DNA of 30,727 bases from Thermoproteota archaeon (GTDB lineage: Archaea > Korarchaeota > Korarchaeia > Korarchaeales > Korarchaeaceae). Where the stretch lies: NCBI GenBank assembly GCA_015522685.1, contig WALU01000036.1, positions 1 through 30,727 of the forward strand, written 5' to 3'. The translations under genes were made by a program, and so were the position numbers. Below the pieces are notes generated by a model that was not told where the DNA came from, did not search any database, and saw only the letters and a list, made by a program, of their open reading frames with translations. Below, piece by piece: positions 1 to 8,940 of the stretch (position 1 is its first letter; each line of letters starts with the position of its first letter).

Positions 1-6
1 AGCCTG

Positions 7-429
7 ATGGATCTCAAGAAGCTTGGGAGGGTGTTTGAATCCTGCGGAAAGGTGAAGGCCGCCTTCCTCTTCGGCTCTAGGGTTGAGGGTAAGGCGGGTC
101 CTCTGAGCGATTATGATTTCGCTGTACTGCCTGAACACGGATATGAAAGAGGGGTGAAGAAGCTGAACCTAATTAGCGAGCTTCTCCCCAAGCTGACGAG
201 GGAGCTGGGGGTTAGTGAGGATAGAGTAGACCTTCTTTTCTTAACGGGGCATCTGCCGGAGGAGCTTTGGTATAAGGTAACTGTCAAGGGAATTCCCCTC
301 TACGTGGAAAGCCAGGATCTGCTGACCGAGCTAAGATTGAGGGGCTTGAGGTTCTTAGATTTTAAGGTGCACATGAGGAAGTTGAAGCTCAGAGAGATAG
401 CGTTGAAAAGTCTGGAGGGAGTTGAATGA
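7..429 (+). CDS. mntA: Minimal nucleotidyltransferase (MNT), MntA-type antitoxin
   Basis: AFLFGSRVEG...LSDYDFAV (GS...DxD), RVDLLFL strand and C-terminal FLDFK helix typical of the family. Confidence 0.88.
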   Translation: MDLKKLGRVFESCGKVKAAFLFGSRVEGKAGPLSDYDFAVLPEHGYERGVKKLNLISELLPKLTRELGVSEDRVDLLFLTGHLPEELWYKVTVKGIPLYVESQDLLTELRLRGLRFLDFKVHMRKLKLREIALKSLEGVE

Positions 430-478
430 GGCTTTACAAGATACTAGACTCGATCAGGGAGAATCTGGGCCTCCTGAA
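426..478 (+). pseudogene. 5' stub of the cognate HEPN (DUF86) toxin
   Basis: ATGA overlap with the MNT stop; reads MRLYKILDSIRENLGLLK, then runs into antisense ABC sequence (stop at 567-569); no RxxxxH motif. Confidence 0.55.
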
Positions 479-856
479 GGTAAACGTGAACCCGTGGTTT
501 AGGGCCACTCTCCTGATCTCCTTCAGCAGATCGAAATCTATCTTATCAAGCCCGAGCTTCAGCACATAGCTATCGTGGTAAACTACATCTCCGTATGAAT
601 CGAAATGAGGAGGGCTCACCCCTTTACCCCTTATGATCACATAAGCCCTGGTTGGGAGCAGGGATTTGAAGTCCTCTGGTCTTCCCCTAGATATTATTTT
701 CCCCTTATGAAGCACAGCCACCTCGTCCGATACCGTCTCAGCTTCTTCCACATAATGCGTAGTTAGTAGAATGGTTCTCCCTTCTCCCTTAAGCTCTTCC
801 ATGTCAACAAATTGCTGACGTGTGCCATCGAGCTTGCTTCTTACCTTGGCATCAAG
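434..856 (-). pseudogene. C-terminal fragment of an ABC-2/multidrug-type ATP-binding protein
   Basis: LDAKVRSKL (end of D-loop) and GRTILLTTHYVEEAE (H-loop) present; Walker A, signature and Walker B absent; after RRP the usual TLEDVF-like end is replaced. Confidence 0.78.
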
Positions 857-2109
857 GCGCCATGGATGCATAAATTTAGCAGGGATAATGCCTCTACATG
901 CTTACCCTCTATATCCATGGAGATATCCTCACCTTCATAGACCAAGAATCCCGCATCTAGATCAAACTTCCTCAAGAAGTAAAGCAGATTACCTATGTCT
1001 CCTTCCCTAAGCTTGGCCTTCGCCTTCACCTCAACTGGCACAATCACCCCATCCATGAGTATGAAGTCGACCTCCCTGCTACCCTCCCTCCAGTAGTAGC
1101 TGGCATCTAGGATGGAGGCGGCCATGGATTCAATGAGGTGACCCCTCTCCACATCGCCAACAAGCCCGAAGGTTAGGGACCAGTGGTAGGGATATACCTT
1201 CTTCATTTTTCTGGAGCTGGCCCTCATGGAAGGCCTGTAATTCCTGAGGAGCCTTATCAGGTAGGAACTTTTCATGTACTCCAAGTACTTGTAGAGGGTC
1301 TTCTTGCTCATGTTCAGCTCTCCAGCTAAGGAGCTAACGTTCAAGTAAGTCCCTGGCTCCGAGTAGAAGATTGTCAGGAGTTCTAGAGTCCTAGATGGAT
1401 CGAGGCCGTGGGGAGAAAGGTCGGATGATATTACCTTCTCCAGAACGCTCTCCCTAATATACTCTGCTGCCCTGAGCTCGCTCCAATTGACGATCTCGGG
1501 GAAGGGCTTCCTAATATAATCCTTCAGAGAAATGAGCAGATCATCCCTCCATAGCTCCGGATTCTCAACTTCCTTGCCGGTCTCCAGTTCGAAGAACTCA
1601 ATGAGCGAGAGCGGTTCAACCTTATGGAGGATAAACCTTCCAGCTAGATTTCTATGAGCATTCTCCTCCAAATGAAGGCTCGATGAGCCGCTAACTACGA
1701 GCTTGATATTCGGATGGGAGTCATAGATAAGCTTTAGCCATGATGACCATTCCTCCACCTTCTGAATCTCATCGAAGAATATGTAGACCCTTTTGCTCCT
1801 CCAATCAACGCTGGTCATGTTTGAGTAGGACTTCAAGATCTCAAGCGGGTTACCCAAGGCTATATCGAATGAGTAATAGAGCAGATTAAGGGGATCCACT
1901 CCACTATTTATCAGGTGATCCATTATTTGGTAAAGCAGCGTGGATTTCCCGACCCTCCTCAAACCTGTGATGATCTGTATTTGCCTATACTTGAGGGCAT
2001 CTACTATTTCATTAAATGCCTTCCTTCTATAGGGCTTGGCCAGGTCCTCCCTAACTTCTCCTTCCCTCCACCATGGGTTGAGCAGGGAGATCATGTCCCT
2101 TGAGTACAT
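841..2109 (-). CDS. AAA+ ATPase, COG1373-like (AAA_14 + wHTH + DUF4143 PD-(D/E)XK-like C-terminus)
   Basis: N-terminal NPWW, Walker A GLRRVGKST, Walker B IFFDEIQ, SGSSS, LAGR, HTH (NVSSLAGELNMSKKTLYKYL), EVDF...PVEVK. Confidence 0.9.
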   Translation of the reverse strand: MYSRDMISLLNPWWREGEVREDLAKPYRRKAFNEIVDALKYRQIQIITGLRRVGKSTLLYQIMDHLINSGVDPLNLLYYSFDIALGNPLEILKSYSNMTSVDWRSKRVYIFFDEIQKVEEWSSWLKLIYDSHPNIKLVVSGSSSLHLEENAHRNLAGRFILHKVEPLSLIEFFELETGKEVENPELWRDDLLISLKDYIRKPFPEIVNWSELRAAEYIRESVLEKVISSDLSPHGLDPSRTLELLTIFYSEPGTYLNVSSLAGELNMSKKTLYKYLEYMKSSYLIRLLRNYRPSMRASSRKMKKVYPYHWSLTFGLVGDVERGHLIESMAASILDASYYWREGSREVDFILMDGVIVPVEVKAKAKLREGDIGNLLYFLRKFDLDAGFLVYEGEDISMDIEGKHVEALSLLNLCIHGALMPR

Positions 2110-2170
2110 ATTAGTGTAGTATAGGAAACTAATATAAAGATATTAGTTCCCATATAGAAACTAATATGTA
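2105..2170. promoter_or_regulatory. Tandem palindromic operator, ATATTAGT-N12-ACTAATAT x2
   Basis: Units at 2108-2135 and 2140-2167 (32-bp period) cover the start codon and the TTTATA box of the ATPase gene. Confidence 0.7.
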
Positions 2171-2352
2171 TGCAGCTGCTGTGGTGATCTGATGATAGGT
2201 GGACTATCATAAGCGAACTGGGAAATCAGCTCCACTAGTCATGAATGAGAATTTTCCAGTCATATCACTCCTCCTCATCCTTCCCTGACACATCGCTAGA
2301 GCTGTAAAGAGAGTAAAGAATATCAAGTTCGCTCCTACTAATATGTAAATAT

Positions 2353-3738
2353 CTAAAAGGCTCTTTCCATCCACGCTAGATCCCTTATATAAGCATCTTT
2401 AAGCTCCATCCTTGGAGCTCTTCTAGCCATAACAACGAAGCTCCCCTTCCCATACCTATCAAGCCTAAGCTCCTTGTAGAACGTCCTTAGCCTTCCTACA
2501 ATTCTCTCTACATCCTTCTCCCTTAAATCAGACCACTTAACCTCAACTAAAGCTACAGAATTCTCGCCGAGGGCCAGCAGATCTACCTCCCTAGCTTCTC
2601 CACGCTCCTTCCACCAGTAACGACCGACTTTCAGTGGGGTGAAGGGAAGAACCTTGTGAATAATCTTTCTGGCGATCTCCTCGAACACAGGACCCATGTA
2701 AACATCAAAACTCTTCTTTATCAGCATTATCAGCTCATTAGATCTCCCTTCCTCAATCATTTCCCTGCTAGGCTGCACATACCTGAACCAGAAGCGGAAG
2801 TACTTGTCGGATATGTAGTACCTCCTCCTCTTAGTGGAGGGGATCTCGAGCAGGGGCGTCTCATACCCCACCAGATCCATGATGCGCAGAACCTCCAAAT
2901 ACCTCGATACTAGGGCCTTATCCAGACCGGTGAGGTTCGCTATCTCGGTGACTCTCCTCTTACCTTCTGCCAAGGCCTGCAGCACCAGCTTGTAATTTTT
3001 CGGCTCCCTCAACTCCATCCTGAGTAGGTTATTCACTTCCTCGTACAGAGGAGAGCCCTTCCTCAGTAACAGGTCCCTAACGTTCTTCCAAAAGTTCTTA
3101 CCCCCATCGAGTTGAGATAGATAGGCCGGGACACCCCCGAGGACGCCGTAGATCCTGAAAGAGTCTTCCAGCGTGTACCTGGGGACGAACTCCCTCACCC
3201 TGATGGGATGGATCTCCCTGACCTTCCACTGTCCCGTTCTCCTCCCATAGAGAGGGGACTTATACCCCAGCACCTCGGACTCCATGATGCCTATGCTCGA
3301 GCCGCATAGGACCAGCATGACATCATCCCTCTTGGATAGGATCTCATCCCAGATGACCTGGAACTCGGATGGAACGGACTTGCTGAGCTCTATGAGGTAG
3401 GGAAACTCGTCAATTATTATGACCGCCCTCTCTTCCCCAACCTTCCACTCGATGAACTCTCTGAACAGAGATTCCCAATCCTGAAAGTCTATCCTGGCGA
3501 AGGAGGGCCTCTTCAGATAACCTGCCATCCTCTTGGCGAATCTCCTCAGGTTGTTCGATATGGAGGTCTTATCGGCCAGAAAGTACAGATGGGGCTTATT
3601 CCTGACAAACCTCAGCAGTAATTCGGTTTTGCCTATCCTTCTCCTTCCATAGATCACGATTAACTGCGGACCTTTTCCCCCATATACCCTCTCGAGGAAG
3701 GCCAGCTCCTCCTCTCTATCTACGAATTGTTGACTCAT
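2353..3738 (-). CDS. Archaeal ATPase, COG1672-like (ATPase_2 + wHTH + DUF234 nuclease-like domain)
   Basis: FVDREEEL, YGRRRIGKT, IIDEFPYL, LCGSS, SPLYGRRT, FRFWFRYV, EVDLLAL...VEVKW; start at MSQQF (3738) preferred, 3750 possible. Confidence 0.92.
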   Translation of the reverse strand: MSQQFVDREEELAFLERVYGGKGPQLIVIYGRRRIGKTELLLRFVRNKPHLYFLADKTSISNNLRRFAKRMAGYLKRPSFARIDFQDWESLFREFIEWKVGEERAVIIIDEFPYLIELSKSVPSEFQVIWDEILSKRDDVMLVLCGSSIGIMESEVLGYKSPLYGRRTGQWKVREIHPIRVREFVPRYTLEDSFRIYGVLGGVPAYLSQLDGGKNFWKNVRDLLLRKGSPLYEEVNNLLRMELREPKNYKLVLQALAEGKRRVTEIANLTGLDKALVSRYLEVLRIMDLVGYETPLLEIPSTKRRRYYISDKYFRFWFRYVQPSREMIEEGRSNELIMLIKKSFDVYMGPVFEEIARKIIHKVLPFTPLKVGRYWWKERGEAREVDLLALGENSVALVEVKWSDLREKDVERIVGRLRTFYKELRLDRYGKGSFVVMARRAPRMELKDAYIRDLAWMERAF

Positions 3739-3762
3739 AATGAATATCATTTAGAGTCAACA
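3728..3762. promoter_or_regulatory. Long inverted repeat over the ATPase start codon
   Basis: TGTTGACTCATAATGA-ATA-TCATTTAGAGTCAACA, 14/16 arm match, next to a TTTATATA box on the minus strand. Confidence 0.65.
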
Positions 3763-4038
3763 GTATATAAAGACAAGTCCCGAGCGGGAGACGCGTGGGC
3801 GACAAGCGGGGAAATCTGTGGGCGGAGCGTTAAGGAGATACCTTCGTAAAAGGTTAGGTTCAACGAATGTAACGGAATGATAGCATCTCAAGATGAGGTC
3901 ATGGATTTCGAATAGGCGCCGGGCTGGGGGAGATGCACGAACTCTTGAGAACACCGGGAGGAGGGGGCATATCATGACGAGGACCATGTCGCGTGCGCTT
4001 TCAGTCTGGCAAGAGGGCTCTTGTAACCTTATCTTTAC

Positions 4039-4272
4039 TCACCTGAGAATTAGGTCCCCTGAGATCACGCCCTTGATTGTAATTATGGTAACACCTCTAG
4101 CCTTTGCCTCCTCCAGGGCTGTCGGCAGGATCACCATGGCATACATGACCTTTATCACCTTCTTGGCCCTCATCTCTGGCTTTATCTTTAGGAGTCTCTC
4201 TATCCTCTCTGCAAACTCTTCCACATGCTTAACGCTTAACCTCGTCTTCGCTTCGCCAATTATCACCCAACC
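4039..4272 (-). pseudogene. C-terminal fragment of an archaeal PD-(D/E)XK-fold protein (DUF3782-like)
   Basis: WVIIGEAKTRLS (ExK) ... VIKVMYAM ... ALEEAKARGVTII; upstream ExD strand and N-terminus missing. Confidence 0.55.
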
Positions 4273-4617
4273 AAGATAGCAGCACCCGAGGTGAAGATAG
4301 CCTCTATCGTTACAAGAGGGCTTAGCGTGGAGGTGAAAGGAGAAGCAATACCCGGTTATGATAACATGATCATCACAAGGATTCTCTGGAATTGGGGTGA
4401 CGGAACCCGTGAGGAATCACAATTTCCCAGTTACCACAATTACTCTAAGGAAGGATCGTATGTAATAACGATCACAGCATACCAAAATGGCGCTTAAAAA
4501 GAAAAAGGAGGCATGTGTAGACCTTAGATTAAGGAGCCTATAATAACACTTCCATGGAGGGTCATTGCAATAGCTGTCATAATTGTTGCATTGCTTTCGT
4601 GGTACTACAGAACATGA
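4273..4617 (+). pseudogene. Fragment of a PKD-domain cell-surface protein with a disconnected C-terminal membrane anchor
   Basis: WNWGDGT...HNYSKEGSYVITITAY PKD motif; stop at 4497; downstream EPIITLPWRVIAIAVIIVALLSWYYRT* ends at 4617; no signal peptide. Confidence 0.65.
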
Positions 4618-4729
4618 GTTAGGCGATCCTCTACTTCGGGGAAGCTACAATAGTCCAGTTAAGTCAGATAGAGTCTAGCTTGATAGTCGATGAAGTGGCT
4701 TCGCGTGGCCGAATAAGAGGATCGTGCGA

Positions 4730-5131
4730 TCATCTCCCTTCACCTGAGAGATCTGAAATGATTCTCTTAACGAGTAAATTAGCTTCATTAAGAATAGAGG
4801 CCATTTCCTTCAGCTCTTCTTCAGTTATCCTGTAATATTCGTGGGCGATGAGGTTCCTGAGGAAGACAAATCTCCTCATTTTGAGGAGTTCATCCTTATC
4901 TAGCAGTCCAGCATCACAGAGCAGTACAAACACCTCACCGTAAGTTGCGGGAAATCCCAGTCCCTTCTCTGATACATAATACTCAGCTAGAGTGATGAGG
5001 GAGTTAGCCGCTTGGAAGCATTCCATGGCCAAGGCAGTATAGAATAAGTATTGAGAAAGGTCTTCCTTTGATAGTTCCCTCGCCCTGGAGTAATGGCGTT
5101 TAAACCTAGCTGCGAGCTCCTCTGCTCTCAT
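4730..5131 (-). CDS. hepT: HEPN (DUF86) RNase toxin
   Basis: PATYGEVF..L and LRNLIAHEY (RxxxxH-x-Y); overlaps the upstream MNT gene. Confidence 0.9.
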   Translation of the reverse strand: MRAEELAARFKRHYSRARELSKEDLSQYLFYTALAMECFQAANSLITLAEYYVSEKGLGFPATYGEVFVLLCDAGLLDKDELLKMRRFVFLRNLIAHEYYRITEEELKEMASILNEANLLVKRIISDLSGEGR

Positions 5132-5492
5132 TCGCTATCTTCTCCTTAACTCTTCTATACATCCAGGAGTACTCAAGGAAATTATGTATGGTCCTCCATA
5201 TCACCCGAGTGAGGTACTCCCTATCCCTGACGAAAAGGACCTTGCCCTCTTTTAGCACCTCGTACTGAACATAGGGTGTCAACCTATGAAAGAGTGCGAG
5301 ATCTATCTGACTTGAGTAGAGACTACCCACCTCAGCTTCATCCTCAGGGGTCGGGTCTTTAAGAACTACAGCTAAGTCAGTATCGGAGAGGAGACTTGCA
5401 CTCCCTCTTGCCCTCGAGCCAAATAGTATGGCCGCCATCACCTTAGGATTCTTCTTCAGTAGGGAGAGAACATGATCAACGCTATTCATCAT
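5106..5492 (-). CDS. mntA: MNT antitoxin
   Basis: AILFGSRARG...LSDTDLAVV, IDLALF, VLKEGKVLF. Confidence 0.9.
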   Translation of the reverse strand: MMNSVDHVLSLLKKNPKVMAAILFGSRARGSASLLSDTDLAVVLKDPTPEDEAEVGSLYSSQIDLALFHRLTPYVQYEVLKEGKVLFVRDREYLTRVIWRTIHNFLEYSWMYRRVKEKIANESRGARS

Positions 5493-5614
5493 ATTTTTTC
5501 AGATCTAGGGAATTGATAAAGATTGACCTAAGGGAGAGTCCAAAGAGGGGAAATTTGGGAGGTTCTCGTTGATGAGGCCATTAGGAGGAGATACAGTGAT
5601 TGATTCATGGTTTA

Positions 5615-5761
5615 CTAGCTGGCTCGCATGCGCGAGCTTCTTGTTTTCCATTCGCGCGGAGCGAGCTCTATTCTCCCTTCTTTCAGTAGGACAAGGAACC
5701 TGGCCGACTTCAAGGCCTTACTAATCCTTTTAGGGATCAGAATTCTTCAGTCCATTTTAAT
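5615..5761 (-). pseudogene. Degraded AbrB/MazE-family antitoxin remnant
   Basis: My translation: IKMD*RILIPKRISKALKSARFLVLLKEGRIELAP; in-frame TGA at 5747-5749 where xxG of D-xx-GRI-x-IP is expected. Confidence 0.45.
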
Positions 5762-6004
5762 GCAAAAATAGAGAATCTACCCTAGCTAATGGACTTCTGA
5801 AAAAGCCTGATTAGCTCAAATAAGTGTTAAAACTGCCTGAAGACACCAGACCAGATTATATTATGAGGAATTCATCGACTTCATTGAAGCAAGAGATAGG
5901 AAAGGATAGAAGATGGAGATAGTCGCGCGCTTGCTACCTATAATCTCTTATCTAACAACTCTAGCAGTTAGGAGCCCAGACTCTCCTACTCCAGTAATTG
6001 AGCA

Positions 6005-6676
6005 TTAGTGAAGGAATAGCGATAGCAGAGGTACCAAGAGGAGGCTGGGTAACATATTTCCAACCTTGATTTTCTTAAGGCCAAGTATGTCAAGGGCTAA
6101 ACCGAGCAATATAACTCCTCCTGCTCCCGTTAGATCTAAGATCACTACATTTGGGAGGTTAGCACCTATAAAGGAACCAATAAGGACAAGAGATCCTTGG
6201 AACAGGAGTAAAGGAATTACTGAAAATATTACTCCCATCCCAAGGACAGATGCATAGGCCATTGAGGTAAAGCCATCCATTATGGCCTTGGTCATTATGA
6301 TAGAGTGATCTCCCATACCATCCCTTAACGATCCCACTATCGTGAACGGACCGACACAAAAGGTTAGGAATGCAGTCATCATTCCCTCGGTGAATTTAAG
6401 GTCTCCACCAACTCTTAACCTGAGCCTCTCCACTCCTTTCTCCATGATGCCCTCTAAGTCTAGGTATTCGCCCAAAATAGTACCTGTCAGAAGGCCGAGT
6501 ATCAAGTTAACAGGATTTACGGTCTTTAGGGCCAACTGCATTCCTAGATAGAAGGTAAAGATCCCCACCATATCAAAAACAGCATTAGATCTGCCCTTCA
6601 CAACCTTCCTCTTTAGGAGAAGGCCAGCTGATGATCCTATAATGACCGTTAAAGCATTCACGATTGTACCTAGCAT
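6005..6676 (-). CDS. DUF554 (YdfK/YqgA-like) membrane protein
   Basis: MLGTIVNALTVIIGS start, FCVGPFTIVGSLRDG, KAIMDG, KIKVGNMLPSL; start moved to 6676. Confidence 0.88.
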   Translation of the reverse strand: MLGTIVNALTVIIGSSAGLLLKRKVVKGRSNAVFDMVGIFTFYLGMQLALKTVNPVNLILGLLTGTILGEYLDLEGIMEKGVERLRLRVGGDLKFTEGMMTAFLTFCVGPFTIVGSLRDGMGDHSIIMTKAIMDGFTSMAYASVLGMGVIFSVIPLLLFQGSLVLIGSFIGANLPNVVILDLTGAGGVILLGLALDILGLKKIKVGNMLPSLLLVPLLSLFLH

Positions 6677-6982
6677 CCATGAATAATAAAGCCTCATTGT
6701 AAAAACTTGCCTCAGCAAGAGCTGCAGAGGCAACGAGATGCATTTCGATACTCAAAGAGTTCCAAGGATCTCAGACAGTCATGATCTAAAGTGTAAGTAT
6801 AAACGTATTTAATTCAATCTAATTTAGTAGAGGCCAGTTTTCAGGACCATAGATTTAGGAATAATATCAATCTGTTTGGAAGCATAAGAGAATTTAATGA
6901 TGCTTGAAAAGATAAAAGAAGCGATGATAAGATGATCCGATGAAGAGTTAGTGACCCAATCATAATCAATCTGCACATTACT

Positions 6983-7513
6983 TTACTTTCCATTCCTCTC
7001 CTCAACAGCTTGTCTTATAATCTTCTGAACCTCGTAAGGTTGTTTTACAGACGGTAGACTCAAAGCATCAACACCAACAGCCTCCAAGGTGATCGTTCCG
7101 GTACCATAATGCCTATCCCAGAAACCGACATCAACCTTTACCATCTTCACTAGATCTAGATCGAGCATATCATAATCTATTCCTATGAGCCCTCTTCTTA
7201 CAATTGCTCTTTTGTTAGTGATTATGTAGAGTATATTCTTCCACTCTAAGGCATCTTTTATCGGAGCAGATACCATTAACAGGAGTACACCATACCATAT
7301 TAATGAAAATACTATAGCGAAGAAATAGAAATCCGCTGGTGCTGATGAGAAAAAGATCAAAATGAAAGGAAGAGGTGCAAGAAAAAGAGGTATGAGTACC
7401 AGGAAAATAACAGACGATCTAAGCACAAAAGGAGCCCTCCCTGGCCTCCCCATCCAGTGGATCCTTTCATCAGGATCCAGCACTCCTCTCAAGTCTTTCG
7501 GTAACTGCCACAC
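6983..7513 (-). CDS. Two-TM membrane protein with bacterial PH domain (bPH_2/YdbS-like)
   Basis: LDPDERIHW.GRP, two hydrophobic helices, YIITNKRAIVRRG, DRHYGTGTI. Confidence 0.8.
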   Translation of the reverse strand: MWQLPKDLRGVLDPDERIHWMGRPGRAPFVLRSSVIFLVLIPLFLAPLPFILIFFSSAPADFYFFAIVFSLIWYGVLLLMVSAPIKDALEWKNILYIITNKRAIVRRGLIGIDYDMLDLDLVKMVKVDVGFWDRHYGTGTITLEAVGVDALSLPSVKQPYEVQKIIRQAVEERNGK

Positions 7514-7719
7514 AGAAGGTTGGAATAAGGAAAGATTTAATCTTTCCTTCCTTGCTAATGTGATGGATCCATAGAAGGGAGATAAGCAATTCGCTCAGCA
7601 GTTATTATTAATTGTCACTCTCTTTCCTAACTCCTTGGTTCTATAGCACTTTCTTCATTACTGATTTGCTCTCATACTGAGGAAAGGCAGTAACTTCGCT
7701 GAACAGCTGAAATATTAGA

Positions 7720-8483
7720 GGATTAGTCCTATGTCAGGGACCAGTGATAAGGATAAACTCTCTTCCTTTTCCTAGAGCTGGCTCTCAAGGATGGTCTATA
7801 GTTTATGAGGAGTCTTATAAGATAGGAGCTTTTCATATGTTCCAGATATTTGTAAATGGTTTTCTTGCTCATGTTAAGCTCTCTAGCCAAGGAATTGAGG
7901 TTCAGATAAGTTCCTAGTTCTGATTAGAAGAGAGTTATGAGTTCTGAGGTTCTAGAGGGATTAAGACCGCGAGAAGATAGATCTGACGAGATAACTTTCT
8001 CCAGAACACTCTCCCTTATATATTCCATTACCTTAAGTCACTCCAATCAACTATCTCGGGAAATGGCTTCCTCATATAATCCCTCAATGAGGCAAGCAGG
8101 TCTCCTCTCCATAACTCAGGATTTTCAACCTTCTTTCCATTTTCAATTCGAAAAACTCTATGAGAGAGTGGTTCAACTTCATGAAGATGAATCTGCCTGC
8201 TAAGTTCCTATGAGCATTTTCCTCCAGATGAAGGCTTAGCGATCCGCTCACTAAAAGCTTGAAATTTGGGTGAGAACCATAGATCAACTTCAACCATGAG
8301 GATCACTCCTTGAACTTCTGAACCTCGTCGAAGAGAGTATAGATCTTTCTATCCCTCCAGTCAATGCCTGTTATGTTGGAGTAGGACTTCAATATTTCGA
8401 GGAGGTTGCTTATAGCTATATCAAATGAATGAGTGGTAAAGCACGTTAAGGGGATTCACGCCTTTATTTATCATCTCACTTAG
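7720..8483 (-). pseudogene. Degraded paralog of the AAA+ ATPase at 841-2109
   Basis: Collinear blocks GVNPLNVLY, LFDEVQKV, LHLEENAHRNLAGRFI, LNMSKKTIYKYL, RVYPYHWSLT; TAA at 7924-7926, several frameshifts; Walker A and nuclease domain deleted. Confidence 0.9.
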
Positions 8484-8940
8484 AATGCATTTAAGAGAGG
8501 CGAAGATGGCCTATTGTTGGAATTCATCTGAGATCCTAACGCCTACAGCGAGATATCTATAAGCTTTTTCTATGTCAATTAAAGCCATAGTTATAGCGTG
8601 AGAGGCCACTAAATTCATCCATGGGAATTAAGTATGACGAAAGCAGAATTCTGCAATATATATAACCCTATATAAGAGGAAATTACTGTTGATGATGCCA
8701 AACTATAGCAACATCGTAATATAAATAATATAATATATATTTAGATTGACAGTAAGAGCAATTCTAATGGGGCCGCTTCACAAGTCTTCTCGAGGTATAT
8801 TGATTAATAATCGCATTCTGAATGCTTACCAGCCATATTAATTGTCCTACAATAGTATTCCCCTCATTTAGGAAGAATCGCCACAGGAATCTCTTCACCT
8901 GATGCATCGAATTTATCTTTTAGATATTCCAAAGACTTTG

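Noticed and set aside
2105-2170. Mini CRISPR array
   Set aside because: Only two palindromic units 4 bp apart, no spacer-length unique sequence and no cas genes
3757-4279. ORFs 3757-3987 (-) and 3893-4279 (+)
   Set aside because: No recognisable motifs; the second is largely antisense to the nuclease fragment
5826-6000. Coding-like sequence (e.g. LYYEEFIDFIEARDRK)
   Set aside because: Interrupted by stops and no family could be assigned
7937-8293. ORFs 7937-8203 (+) and 8084-8293 (-) as genes
   Set aside because: Antisense shadow and internal piece of the ATPase pseudogene
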